A model generated the notes under the pieces. That model did not search any database, was not told where the DNA came from, and saw only the letters and a list, made by a program, of their open reading frames with translations. A stretch of DNA of 64,000 nt, from contig JAWLGC010000005.1 in the NCBI GenBank assembly GCA_041685265.1, positions 178 to 64,177 on the forward strand, in the 5' to 3' direction. How positions within the stretch are numbered: position 1 is the stretch's first letter; each line of letters starts with the position of its first letter. This document shows, piece by piece, positions 27,449 through 34,862 of this stretch. The position numbers and the translations under genes are program-made. The DNA comes from Desulfomicrobiaceae bacterium (GTDB taxonomy: Bacteria; Desulfobacterota; Desulfovibrionia; Desulfovibrionales; Desulfomicrobiaceae).

Positions 27449-28321
27449 ATGCACCCCTATTTTCTGGACTCGGAAATCGAGCAGCCCAGGCCCGAGCAGG
27501 CCCTGTTTCACATCATCTGTGCCCCGTACGAACAGACCGTATCCTACGGCGGGGGAACCGGAAAAGGGCCGGCGGCCATCATCGAGGCCTCCCAGCAGCT
27601 GGAACTCTTCGACGGATTCTCCATCCCGGCCGACGAAGGAATCCACACCCACCCCCCGCTGGCCTGCACCGGATCCGCCGAGCAGGTCCTGGAGGAGATC
27701 CGGGACTGCACAGCCAGAGTGGCCCGATTCGGCAAAGTCCCGGTCCTGCTCGGCGGAGAGCATACCGTGACCTGGGGGGCGCTCAAAGCGCTGCAGGAGA
27801 TCCACGGCACGTTCGGCGTCGTCCAGTTCGATGCCCACGCCGACCTGAGGGACACATACGAAGGCACCCCCTGGAGCCATGCCTGCGTCATGCACCGGGC
27901 CCTGGACCTGGGACTGCCCCTGTTTCAGGTCGGGGTGCGGAGCATGTCCTTTCCTGAAACCGAAGTCAGGACAAGGCACGGGGTAAAATTTGTGGATGGA
28001 TACGAGCTGGGAACAAAGGGGCTTCCCGAGTCGCTGCTGCCCGGAAATTTTCCGGACAAGATCTACGTAACCTTTGACGTGGACGGTCTCGATCCGAGCG
28101 TGATTCCCGGAACAGGAACCCCGGAACCGGGCGGACTGACCTGGTACCAGGCCATGCAGGCCCTGGCCGGGAGCATTGCCGGGAGGACTGTGATCGGGGC
28201 GGACGTGGTCGAACTGGCCCCGATCACGGGAGAGCATGTTTCCGACTTCGCCGCAGCCAGACTGGTTTACAATCTCCTTGGAATGATTCAAAGAAATTCA
28301 AAAAAGAGCGGGAACAGCTGA
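27449..28321 (+). CDS. speB: Agmatinase (ureohydrolase family)
   Basis: 'LGGEHTVT', 'VQFDAHADLRD', 'TFDVDGLDPSVIPGTGTPEPGG', 'ADVVELAP'. Confidence 0.9.
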   Translation: MHPYFLDSEIEQPRPEQALFHIICAPYEQTVSYGGGTGKGPAAIIEASQQLELFDGFSIPADEGIHTHPPLACTGSAEQVLEEIRDCTARVARFGKVPVLLGGEHTVTWGALKALQEIHGTFGVVQFDAHADLRDTYEGTPWSHACVMHRALDLGLPLFQVGVRSMSFPETEVRTRHGVKFVDGYELGTKGLPESLLPGNFPDKIYVTFDVDGLDPSVIPGTGTPEPGGLTWYQAMQALAGSIAGRTVIGADVVELAPITGEHVSDFAAARLVYNLLGMIQRNSKKSGNS

Positions 28322-28485
28322 AAAACGGGTTACATGAAGAAGGATTTATTGTATTTTATGAAATATTCATGTATGTGCTCTCCCGAGACTGTCCAGAACC
28401 GCGACCCGGACCCGGCCGAAGCGACATCGCTTCACGGGTCGATTTTTCCCGTACCGTTTCGGCCTGACCGTGCAAGGAGTTCTCC

Positions 28486-28653
28486 ATGAAAAAATTTCTC
28501 TACGGCTTCTTTACCCTGATCAGCTTGATCCTTCGCTTTTGCAACCGATTTCTGTCTACGATCATCATCTTTCTGGTCCTGCTGGCCACCCTGCTGCTGG
28601 TCGACTGGACCGCGGACACAGTTTTTCCCTTTGTCCGATCCCTTTTCAGCTGA
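28486..28653 (+). CDS. Small hydrophobic protein (55 aa), hypothetical
   Basis: Not in the ORF track because it is under 60 aa. The ATG lies 7 nt after AAGGAG. Translation: MKKFLYGFFTLISLILRFCNRFLSTIIIFLVLLATLLLVDWTADTVFPFVRSLFS. Followed by the terminator at 28740. Confidence 0.45.
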   Translation: MKKFLYGFFTLISLILRFCNRFLSTIIIFLVLLATLLLVDWTADTVFPFVRSLFS

Positions 28654-28676
28654 CCCCGCACATCCGGGATACGCGT

Positions 28677-29066
28677 TCAGGACTCTCCATTGCCGCTGCC
28701 TGTAATTCCCAGGCCCGGCAATCGCCCTCTGACGCTTCGGGCGCCGGATTTTACCGGCGCCTTTTTTTTCTTTTTGGCCCGAGGCAGCCTGCCGAATCGG
28801 TATGAATACAGCGGGCAGGCAGCGTGCAGCCGATACGGTTTCCCTGCCGGGCATTCCCGAACCGCGTCTTCATCTCCGGCGCACTGCAGACAGTATGCCC
28901 GGATCGCCCTGGCAACCACACGTTCGTCCTCACCCGATCCCATCCGGACCGGATGCAGGGGGCACTCCTCATCACAACAGTCTGCGACCCGCGTCCTGCC
29001 GTCTCCCTGGCACCACAGGCAGAACCTGCGGGCGGACCGTGCCGCCGATACCCTTTCTTTTGCCAT
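28677..29066 (-). CDS. Cys-rich hypothetical protein with an internally duplicated zinc-ribbon-like module and a Lys-rich tail
   Basis: ORF 28677..29273(-), trimmed to MAKERV (GGGGAAGGGA upstream). There are two repeats of the pattern (A)xRxxCLxCxG...C...CPL...RxG. Confidence 0.5.
   Translation of the reverse strand: MAKERVSAARSARRFCLWCQGDGRTRVADCCDEECPLHPVRMGSGEDERVVARAIRAYCLQCAGDEDAVRECPAGKPYRLHAACPLYSYRFGRLPRAKKKKKAPVKSGARSVRGRLPGLGITGSGNGES
28740..28769 (+). terminator. Rho-independent terminator (plus strand) lying inside the 3' end of a convergent CDS
   Basis: GGCGCCGG atttta CCGGCGCC followed by T8. Confidence 0.75.
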
Positions 29067-29232
29067 TCCCTTCCCCGTTTGCAGTCCGTTGCAGATCGAC
29101 AAGACACTGCCGTCCGCTTGTTTTCCGCTGCGATTCGTACAGATTACACCAAAAAAGTCCATAGGGAGCCTCTTTCGAGCTGACTCGAATACTTCGTCAA
29201 AAACTGACTCTTCACATCGAACAAAAAAGCCT

Positions 29233-29350
29233 GGAATTATGGGAGATAAGAGGATTAACGGGAGTATTGCCACAAGACAGTAATCCTGTAACCCTGCGAC
29301 GAAGAAGCATAATCCTCTTAATCCTTACGTGGGCATCTGCAGAATTACGT
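29233..29350 (+). other. Conserved noncoding element, copy B
   Basis: See copy A. The core TCCTGTAACCCTGCGAC at 29284..29300 is identical to A, and AGCATAATCCTCTTAATCC is nearly identical. It lies in the divergent intergenic region, 63 nt upstream of the aromatic leader ORF. Confidence 0.55.
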
Positions 29351-29412
29351 CATAAATATGTGCCATCTTTTTCCTTGACAAAACAGATGCCGAAGGAATA
29401 GCCACTGAATTC

Positions 29413-29526
29413 ATGCACAACAAGACCCAGAATATCTCTCTTTTTACCTCCTTTGAAACCAGCCTGTTCTGGTTTTTCTGGTATTTTTATTTTAGAGAGA
29501 CCTGTGGTCTGAAGGGTGCATCATAA
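29413..29526 (+). CDS. Attenuation leader peptide of the aromatic amino acid supraoperon (37 codons)
   Basis: Read manually; too short for the ORF track. Translation: [37 protein letters not shown]. Nine consecutive Phe/Trp/Tyr codons at 29467..29493. An intrinsic terminator starts 30 nt after its stop. Confidence 0.75.
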   Translation: MHNKTQNISLFTSFETSLFWFFWYFYFRETCGLKGAS

Positions 29527-29555
29527 CGTTTTACAAACAACACAGCACACCCAAA

Positions 29556-29588
29556 GGGCCGCAGGCGAAAGCCGGCGGCCCTTTTTTT
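29556..29588 (+). terminator. Attenuator terminator upstream of aroA'
   Basis: GGGCCGCaGGCgaaaGCCgGCGGCCC followed by T7, 50 nt upstream of the aroA' ATG. Confidence 0.85.
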
Positions 29589-29638
29589 GTACCCGAAGAC
29601 CGCCGGCAGCCGGACCCGAAACCTCGGAGGATCGGACC

Positions 29639-30463
29639 ATGCATATAGGCAAAAGCATCAGACTGGAACGAATTTTCAACCGGAACACCGGACGAGCCAT
29701 CATCGTGCCCCTGGACCACGGCACCACTGTCGGCCCCATCTACGGGCTGGTCGATCTTCGGGAGACCGTAAACAAGGTTGCCGAAGGCGGTGCCAACGCG
29801 GTGCTCATGCACAAAGGCCTCCCCCGCTGTTCCCACCGCGGTCACGGCAGGGACGTCGGGCTGATCATCCATATCTCCGCCTCCACCTCCCTGTCCCCCT
29901 TCCCAAACGCCAAGACCCTTGTAGGTACCGTCGAGGATGCCATCCGCCTCGGTGCGGATGCGGTTTCAGTCCATGTCAATATCGGCGACGAAACCGAGGG
30001 ACAGATGCTCCATGACCTGGGGGAAGTAGCCTCCAAAACCACCTCCTGGGGTATGCCCCTTCTGGCCATGGTCTACGCCCGCGGGCCCAAAGTGGAAAAC
30101 GAATACGATCCCGCAGTGGTCGCCCACTGCGCCCGGCTCGGTGAGGAGCTGGGGGCCGACGTGATCAAGGTGGTCTACACCGGAGACAAAGAGTCCTTTG
30201 CCAGGGTCACGGACGGATGCTGCGTGCCCGTGGTCATTGCCGGTGGCCCAAAGATGACCTCCGCCCGGGATATCGTCCAGATGGCCCACGACTCCGTAGA
30301 GGCAGGCGGAGCCGGATTGTCCATGGGAAGGAACATTTTCCAGGCCGAAAACCCGACCCGGCTGGTGCGGGCCCTGAACGCCGTTGTCCACGAAGATTAC
30401 GATGTGGAACAGGCCATGGAACTCCTGAGCGGCCCGGACAGATCCAAAACCATCACCATCTAA
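29639..30463 (+). CDS. 2-amino-3,7-dideoxy-D-threo-hept-6-ulosonate synthase (AroA', class I aldolase/DhnA family)
   Basis: ORF 29516..30463, trimmed to MHIGKS after GGAGG. DhnA-type aldolase sequence with '[10 protein letters not shown]'. Immediately followed by DHQ synthase type II. Confidence 0.8.
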   Translation: MHIGKSIRLERIFNRNTGRAIIVPLDHGTTVGPIYGLVDLRETVNKVAEGGANAVLMHKGLPRCSHRGHGRDVGLIIHISASTSLSPFPNAKTLVGTVEDAIRLGADAVSVHVNIGDETEGQMLHDLGEVASKTTSWGMPLLAMVYARGPKVENEYDPAVVAHCARLGEELGADVIKVVYTGDKESFARVTDGCCVPVVIAGGPKMTSARDIVQMAHDSVEAGGAGLSMGRNIFQAENPTRLVRALNAVVHEDYDVEQAMELLSGPDRSKTITI

Positions 30464-30480
30464 GCCGGAGAACCAGTATC

Positions 30481-31452
30481 ATGTCCAAAGAAATCCTGTT
30501 TCTCTGCTCTCCTTTCGACAAGAATCTGCTCACCCTGGCCCTGGAGTCCGGCGTCGACGGTATCATCACCGACACGGCCCATGTGGACGACGTCCGGGCC
30601 CTGGCCCGCTGCCGGGTACTGGACAAAGACGCTTTGACCTGGATCACCCTTGCGGCCAAGGAGGACGAGGAAGCCGCGGTGGAGGCTCTGCAACAGGGCG
30701 ACCTCGCGATCCTGACCTCGGGATGGGAAATCATCCCGGTGGAAAACATCCTGGCCCAGAGCCCGGACCTGGCCGTGGAGGCCGACTCCCTGGCCCAGGC
30801 CAGACTGGCCGCAGGCATTCTGGAGTCCGGAGTAAAAACCGTGGTGGTTCGCCCCGAGGCGGCTGCAGACCTGAAGGACATCGTCAAGGAACTCAAACTG
30901 AGCCAGGGGACCTGTGCATTGGAAACCGCCGTCGTCACCGAAGTCCGTCCCGTGGGCATGGGGCACCGGGTCTGCGTGGACACCATGACCCTGATGTCCA
31001 CGGGCCAGGGAATGCTCGTGGGCAACTCAAGCGCATTCACCTTTCTGGTCCATGCCGAGACCGAGTCCAATCCCTATGTGGCTCCCCGACCGTTTCGCAT
31101 CAACGCCGGAGGCGTCCACGCCTACACCCAGCTTCCAGGAGACAGGACCACCTACCTCGAGGAACTCGAGGCGGGAAGCGAAGTGCTGATCGTAGGGGCC
31201 GACGGCTCCACCACCATGGCCACGGTGGGACGGTGCAAGACGGAAATCCGCCCCATGCTTCTGATCAGGGCCGAGTGCGGCGACCGGCAAGGGACCATTT
31301 TTTTGCAGAACGCAGAGACCATCCGGGTGGTTCGGGAATCGGGCGAGCCGGTCAGCGTGGTCACCCTGGAGCCCGGCGATCGTATTCTGTGCCGCACGGA
31401 CCAGGCCGGACGCCACTTCGGCATGCGCATCACCGAAGAGATCAAGGAATGA
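30481..31452 (+). CDS. 3-dehydroquinate synthase type II (AroB')
   Basis: ORF 30217..31452, trimmed to MSKEILF. About 323 aa, with length and sequence typical of the archaeal-type DHQ synthase. Paired with AroA'. Confidence 0.75.
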   Translation: MSKEILFLCSPFDKNLLTLALESGVDGIITDTAHVDDVRALARCRVLDKDALTWITLAAKEDEEAAVEALQQGDLAILTSGWEIIPVENILAQSPDLAVEADSLAQARLAAGILESGVKTVVVRPEAAADLKDIVKELKLSQGTCALETAVVTEVRPVGMGHRVCVDTMTLMSTGQGMLVGNSSAFTFLVHAETESNPYVAPRPFRINAGGVHAYTQLPGDRTTYLEELEAGSEVLIVGADGSTTMATVGRCKTEIRPMLLIRAECGDRQGTIFLQNAETIRVVRESGEPVSVVTLEPGDRILCRTDQAGRHFGMRITEEIKE

Positions 31453-31456
31453 TGCC

Positions 31457-32569
31457 ATGACCACGACCGCCACCACCGAATCCGTCGCCCGCCTGGCGCG
31501 GATCAGGGCCGAAATCGATGCCCTGGACACCTCCCTGGTGCAGATGCTTTCCTCCCGGGCCGCCCTGTCCCGGGAGGTTGGACAAATCAAGGCCGACAGC
31601 CGGGAAGCAATCTTCAAGCCATTCCGGGAAAAAGAGGTTCTGGACCGACTGGCCCGGCTGGGGGACGGCACGCTGCCTGAAGAACACCTGCGGGCCATCT
31701 ACCGGGAGATCCTGTCCTCCTCCAGGCGGCTGCAGCGACCGCAGAAAGTCGCCTTTCTCGGCCCCGTGGGCACTTTTTCCCATTTCGCCGGGATGGAATA
31801 CCTCGGTCACAGTCTGGAATACGAGCCCAAACGGGACTTCAAGGCGATTTTCTCGGCCGTGGCCGCCCGGGAGGCCGACCTCGGCGTGGTTCCTCTGGAG
31901 AACTCCCTGCACGGCAGCGTGGGGCAGAGCCTGGATCTGTTCCTGCGCTTCGAGGTGTTCATCCAGGCCGAAATCTACTGCAAGATCAGCAACAACCTGC
32001 TCAGCAGGGAGCGCGACCTATCCTCCATCAAGGTGGTCTACTCCCATGCCCAGCCCCTGGCCCAATGCGCCGAATGGCTGCGCACCAATCTCGGCCACGC
32101 CCGGCTCGAGCCGGTGGCGTCCACGGCAGCTGCGGCCCAGCGGGCCGCCGTTGAACCCGGCGCAGCCGCCGTGGGACATCGCAGACTGGCCCCCATGCAC
32201 GACCTGAACATCCTGGCCGGGGCCATCGAGGACCTGCAGGACAACTGGACCCGATTTCTGATCATCGGCCCCACCCCGCCCATGGAAGGGAACCGGGACA
32301 AGACCTCCATCCTGTTCACCCTGCCCGACACCCCCGGAGCACTGGTGAACATCCTCAAGCAGCTGGCCATGGAAGGCATCAACATGAAAAAACTGGAGTC
32401 CCGCCCCCTGCGGTCCGAAAAATGGAAATACGTTTTTTTCGCGGACGTGGAGTGCGACCTGAACATGGACCAATACCAGGAGCTGCTGACCAGCCTCAGG
32501 AACCAGTGCCACACCCTGCGCGTTCTGGGCAGCTATCCTGCCGGACCGTACCTGGACATGGGGGAGTGA
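31457..32569 (+). CDS. pheA: Bifunctional chorismate mutase / prephenate dehydratase (P-protein)
   Basis: N-terminal CM helix 'RIRAEIDALDTSLVQMLSSRAALSREVGQIK', PDT domain 'TRFLIIG', ACT domain 'LESRP'. Confidence 0.92.
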   Translation: MTTTATTESVARLARIRAEIDALDTSLVQMLSSRAALSREVGQIKADSREAIFKPFREKEVLDRLARLGDGTLPEEHLRAIYREILSSSRRLQRPQKVAFLGPVGTFSHFAGMEYLGHSLEYEPKRDFKAIFSAVAAREADLGVVPLENSLHGSVGQSLDLFLRFEVFIQAEIYCKISNNLLSRERDLSSIKVVYSHAQPLAQCAEWLRTNLGHARLEPVASTAAAAQRAAVEPGAAAVGHRRLAPMHDLNILAGAIEDLQDNWTRFLIIGPTPPMEGNRDKTSILFTLPDTPGALVNILKQLAMEGINMKKLESRPLRSEKWKYVFFADVECDLNMDQYQELLTSLRNQCHTLRVLGSYPAGPYLDMGE

Positions 32570-32579
32570 AGGAAACACC

Positions 32580-33911
32580 ATGGAACACGCCAAAATCATC
32601 ATTCAGGCTCCGGCTTCCAAATCCCAGTCTCACCGGGCCCTGATCGCCGCGGCCCTGGCCGAGGGGACCTCGGAACTGACCAGCGTCCTCAAGAGCCAGG
32701 ACCTGGAACGGACCCGGGACTGTCTGACCGCCCTGGGCGCAGATATCACGGAACAGGGGAACAGCCTCACGGTCCGCGGGCTGGGCGGCAGTCATCCCCT
32801 TGCAGGCCGGGTCGAACTCAGAGTCGGCGAATCCGGGACCACCTGCCGGCTGATCATCGGGGTGGCCGCGGCATTCCCGGGGACCGTGCGGGTCTCGGGT
32901 GAAGGACGGATGCACGACCGACCGGTCAGCGACCTGACCGACGCCCTTGCCGCTTTCGGAGCGGAGTTCCTCTTCGAAGAGACGCCGGGCAATCCGCCCC
33001 TGGTCATGACCTCGCCCGGTATTCCCGGAGGGGAGACCGCAGTCAGCCTGGAGCAGAGCAGTCAGTACCTGTCCGGCCTGCTTCTGGGTGCTCCTCTGGG
33101 CCGGGAGCGGGTCCGGATCACCGTGACCGGAAACAAAGTGGTGTCCTGGCCCTATGTCGCCCTGACCCTGGCCATGATGGAGGAGTTCGGCATCCCGGTT
33201 CTGGTGGAAGAACTCCATGGATCCAAGTGGGTTGCCGCAGACTGGAACACCATGACCTCCATCCTGCCGGGCCGGGTCCGGTTCACGGTGGAGCCCGGCA
33301 CATACCGGGCCCGCACCCATCGCGTTGAAGCAGACTGGAGTAATACCTCCTACTTCGTGGCCGCCGGAGCGATCGGGCCGGAGCCGGTGACCATCCTCGG
33401 GGTCAGCCCGAATTCCCTGCAGGGAGACCGGGCCATCGTGGACATCGCCAAAGAGATGGGCGCACGAGTCGAGTGGTCCGACAACGGGCTCACCGTCTCC
33501 CCCGGACTGTTGACCGGCTGCACCCTGGACATGGGCGACTGCCCGGATCTGGTCCCCACCGTGGCCACCATGGCCTGTTTTGCACAGGGACAGACCACCA
33601 TCCGTGGCGTGGCCCACCTGCGGATCAAGGAAAGCGACAGATTGGAAGGGGTCGCCGGCGAACTGCGCAAAACCGGGGCCGCGGTGTCCACTTTTGCCGA
33701 CGGCATGACCATCACCCCGGCTGCCATGCCAGTCGGACTGGCCCTGAATATCCGGACCCACGACGACCACCGGATGGCCATGTCCATGTCCCTCCTGGAA
33801 CTGGGTGGCGTAGCCGTACACCTGGACAATCCCGGATGCGTGGCCAAATCCTTTCCCGGATTCTGGCAGGAATGGGAGAGGGTACGGGAAAACATAAAAA
33901 GAAAAAGCTGA
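32580..33911 (+). CDS. aroA: 3-phosphoshikimate 1-carboxyvinyltransferase (EPSP synthase)
   Basis: 'PASKSQSHRALI', 'RIKESDRL', 'DHRMAMS'. Confidence 0.93.
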   Translation: MEHAKIIIQAPASKSQSHRALIAAALAEGTSELTSVLKSQDLERTRDCLTALGADITEQGNSLTVRGLGGSHPLAGRVELRVGESGTTCRLIIGVAAAFPGTVRVSGEGRMHDRPVSDLTDALAAFGAEFLFEETPGNPPLVMTSPGIPGGETAVSLEQSSQYLSGLLLGAPLGRERVRITVTGNKVVSWPYVALTLAMMEEFGIPVLVEELHGSKWVAADWNTMTSILPGRVRFTVEPGTYRARTHRVEADWSNTSYFVAAGAIGPEPVTILGVSPNSLQGDRAIVDIAKEMGARVEWSDNGLTVSPGLLTGCTLDMGDCPDLVPTVATMACFAQGQTTIRGVAHLRIKESDRLEGVAGELRKTGAAVSTFADGMTITPAAMPVGLALNIRTHDDHRMAMSMSLLELGGVAVHLDNPGCVAKSFPGFWQEWERVRENIKRKS

Positions 33912-33980
33912 CAACAGGCCCAATCGATCTTAATGAATATCATTACCAGATAAGACAACAAGAGAAAGGCAAGAAATCAC

Positions 33981-34748
33981 ATGCTCACCACCGCCACCAT
34001 CGTCGGCTCCGACGGCAAAATGGGAGCCCTGTTCACCAGACTGCTCACCAGGGCCGGAATGACCGTCCGCGGCCTGGACCGCCCCCTCGCCCCCGAGGCC
34101 GTGCGACCGGCCGTGGCCGGAGCCGACCTGGTCGTGCTGGCCGTTCCGGTCCCGGCCATGGACGAGGTCGTGGCCGCGGTGGCCCCGTTCCTGGATCCGT
34201 CCACCATTCTGGCGGACATCTGTTCCCTGAAGACCCTCCCGGTCAAGGCCATGTGTTCCGGATTCGCCGGACCGGTGGTCGGAACCCATCCCCTGTTCGG
34301 CCCCGAACCCGATCCTGCGGACATGACCTGCTGCCTGACCCCGGGGCGGGACGAACACGTTCTGCCCCTTCTTGAGGAGCTGTTCACCGCCTGCGGCATG
34401 ACCCTGTTCACGGCCACGGCCGAGGAACACGACCGGGCCATGGCCTACATCCAGGGACTCAATTTCGTAACCACCCTGTCCTACCTGTCCTGTCTGCCCG
34501 AGGACGTGGACATCGACCGGTTCCTGACCCCGTCCTTCAAACGGCGGCTGAATGCGGCCAAGACCATGGTCACCCGTGATGCGGCTCTGTTCGCGACCCT
34601 GTTTGATTCCAATCCGTACAGCGGAGAGTCCGTGCGCAATTTCCGTTCCTTCCTGAACGTCGCCGCCGGCGGCGATCTCGATCTGCTGACCGAAAAGGCA
34701 CTCTGGTGGTGGCGTACGCCCGAAAACCAGGGAGGACCTCCAGCGTAA
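33981..34748 (+). CDS. tyrA: Prephenate dehydrogenase
   Basis: 'IVGSDGKMG' dinucleotide fold, 'THPLFGPE', 'EEHDRAMAYIQGL'. Confidence 0.85.
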   Translation: MLTTATIVGSDGKMGALFTRLLTRAGMTVRGLDRPLAPEAVRPAVAGADLVVLAVPVPAMDEVVAAVAPFLDPSTILADICSLKTLPVKAMCSGFAGPVVGTHPLFGPEPDPADMTCCLTPGRDEHVLPLLEELFTACGMTLFTATAEEHDRAMAYIQGLNFVTTLSYLSCLPEDVDIDRFLTPSFKRRLNAAKTMVTRDAALFATLFDSNPYSGESVRNFRSFLNVAAGGDLDLLTEKALWWWRTPENQGGPPA

Positions 34749-34765
34749 CTACATGAAATGCATAC

Positions 34766-34804
34766 AAAAAGCGCCAGAGTCTCCCGGACCTGGCGCTTTT
34801 TTTT
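34766..34804 (+). terminator. Strong intrinsic terminator between tyrA and trpE, internal to the supraoperon
   Basis: A5, then GCGCCAGaGTC tcccg GACCTGGCGC, then T8. 10 bp with one bulge. Confidence 0.85.
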
Positions 34805-34862
34805 ATCCCCTGTTCACCGCAACCAAACCATGCAAACCTTACAACCTCATTCCGGAGCCCCC

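Noticed and set aside
3658-29325. The two 42-nt direct repeats as att-like borders of a 25.6-kb island
   Set aside because: The intervening DNA is core metabolism (pst-pho, tRNA-Phe, ptsP, polyamine genes). It has uniform composition and no integrase or mobility genes.
34758-34862. N-terminal extension of trpE from the ATG at 34758 (as in the ORF track)
   Set aside because: The extension would be translated through a strong terminator hairpin. It has no Shine-Dalgarno sequence and adds 35 residues not seen before the usual TrpE N-terminus. The ATG at 34863 has GGAG at -7.
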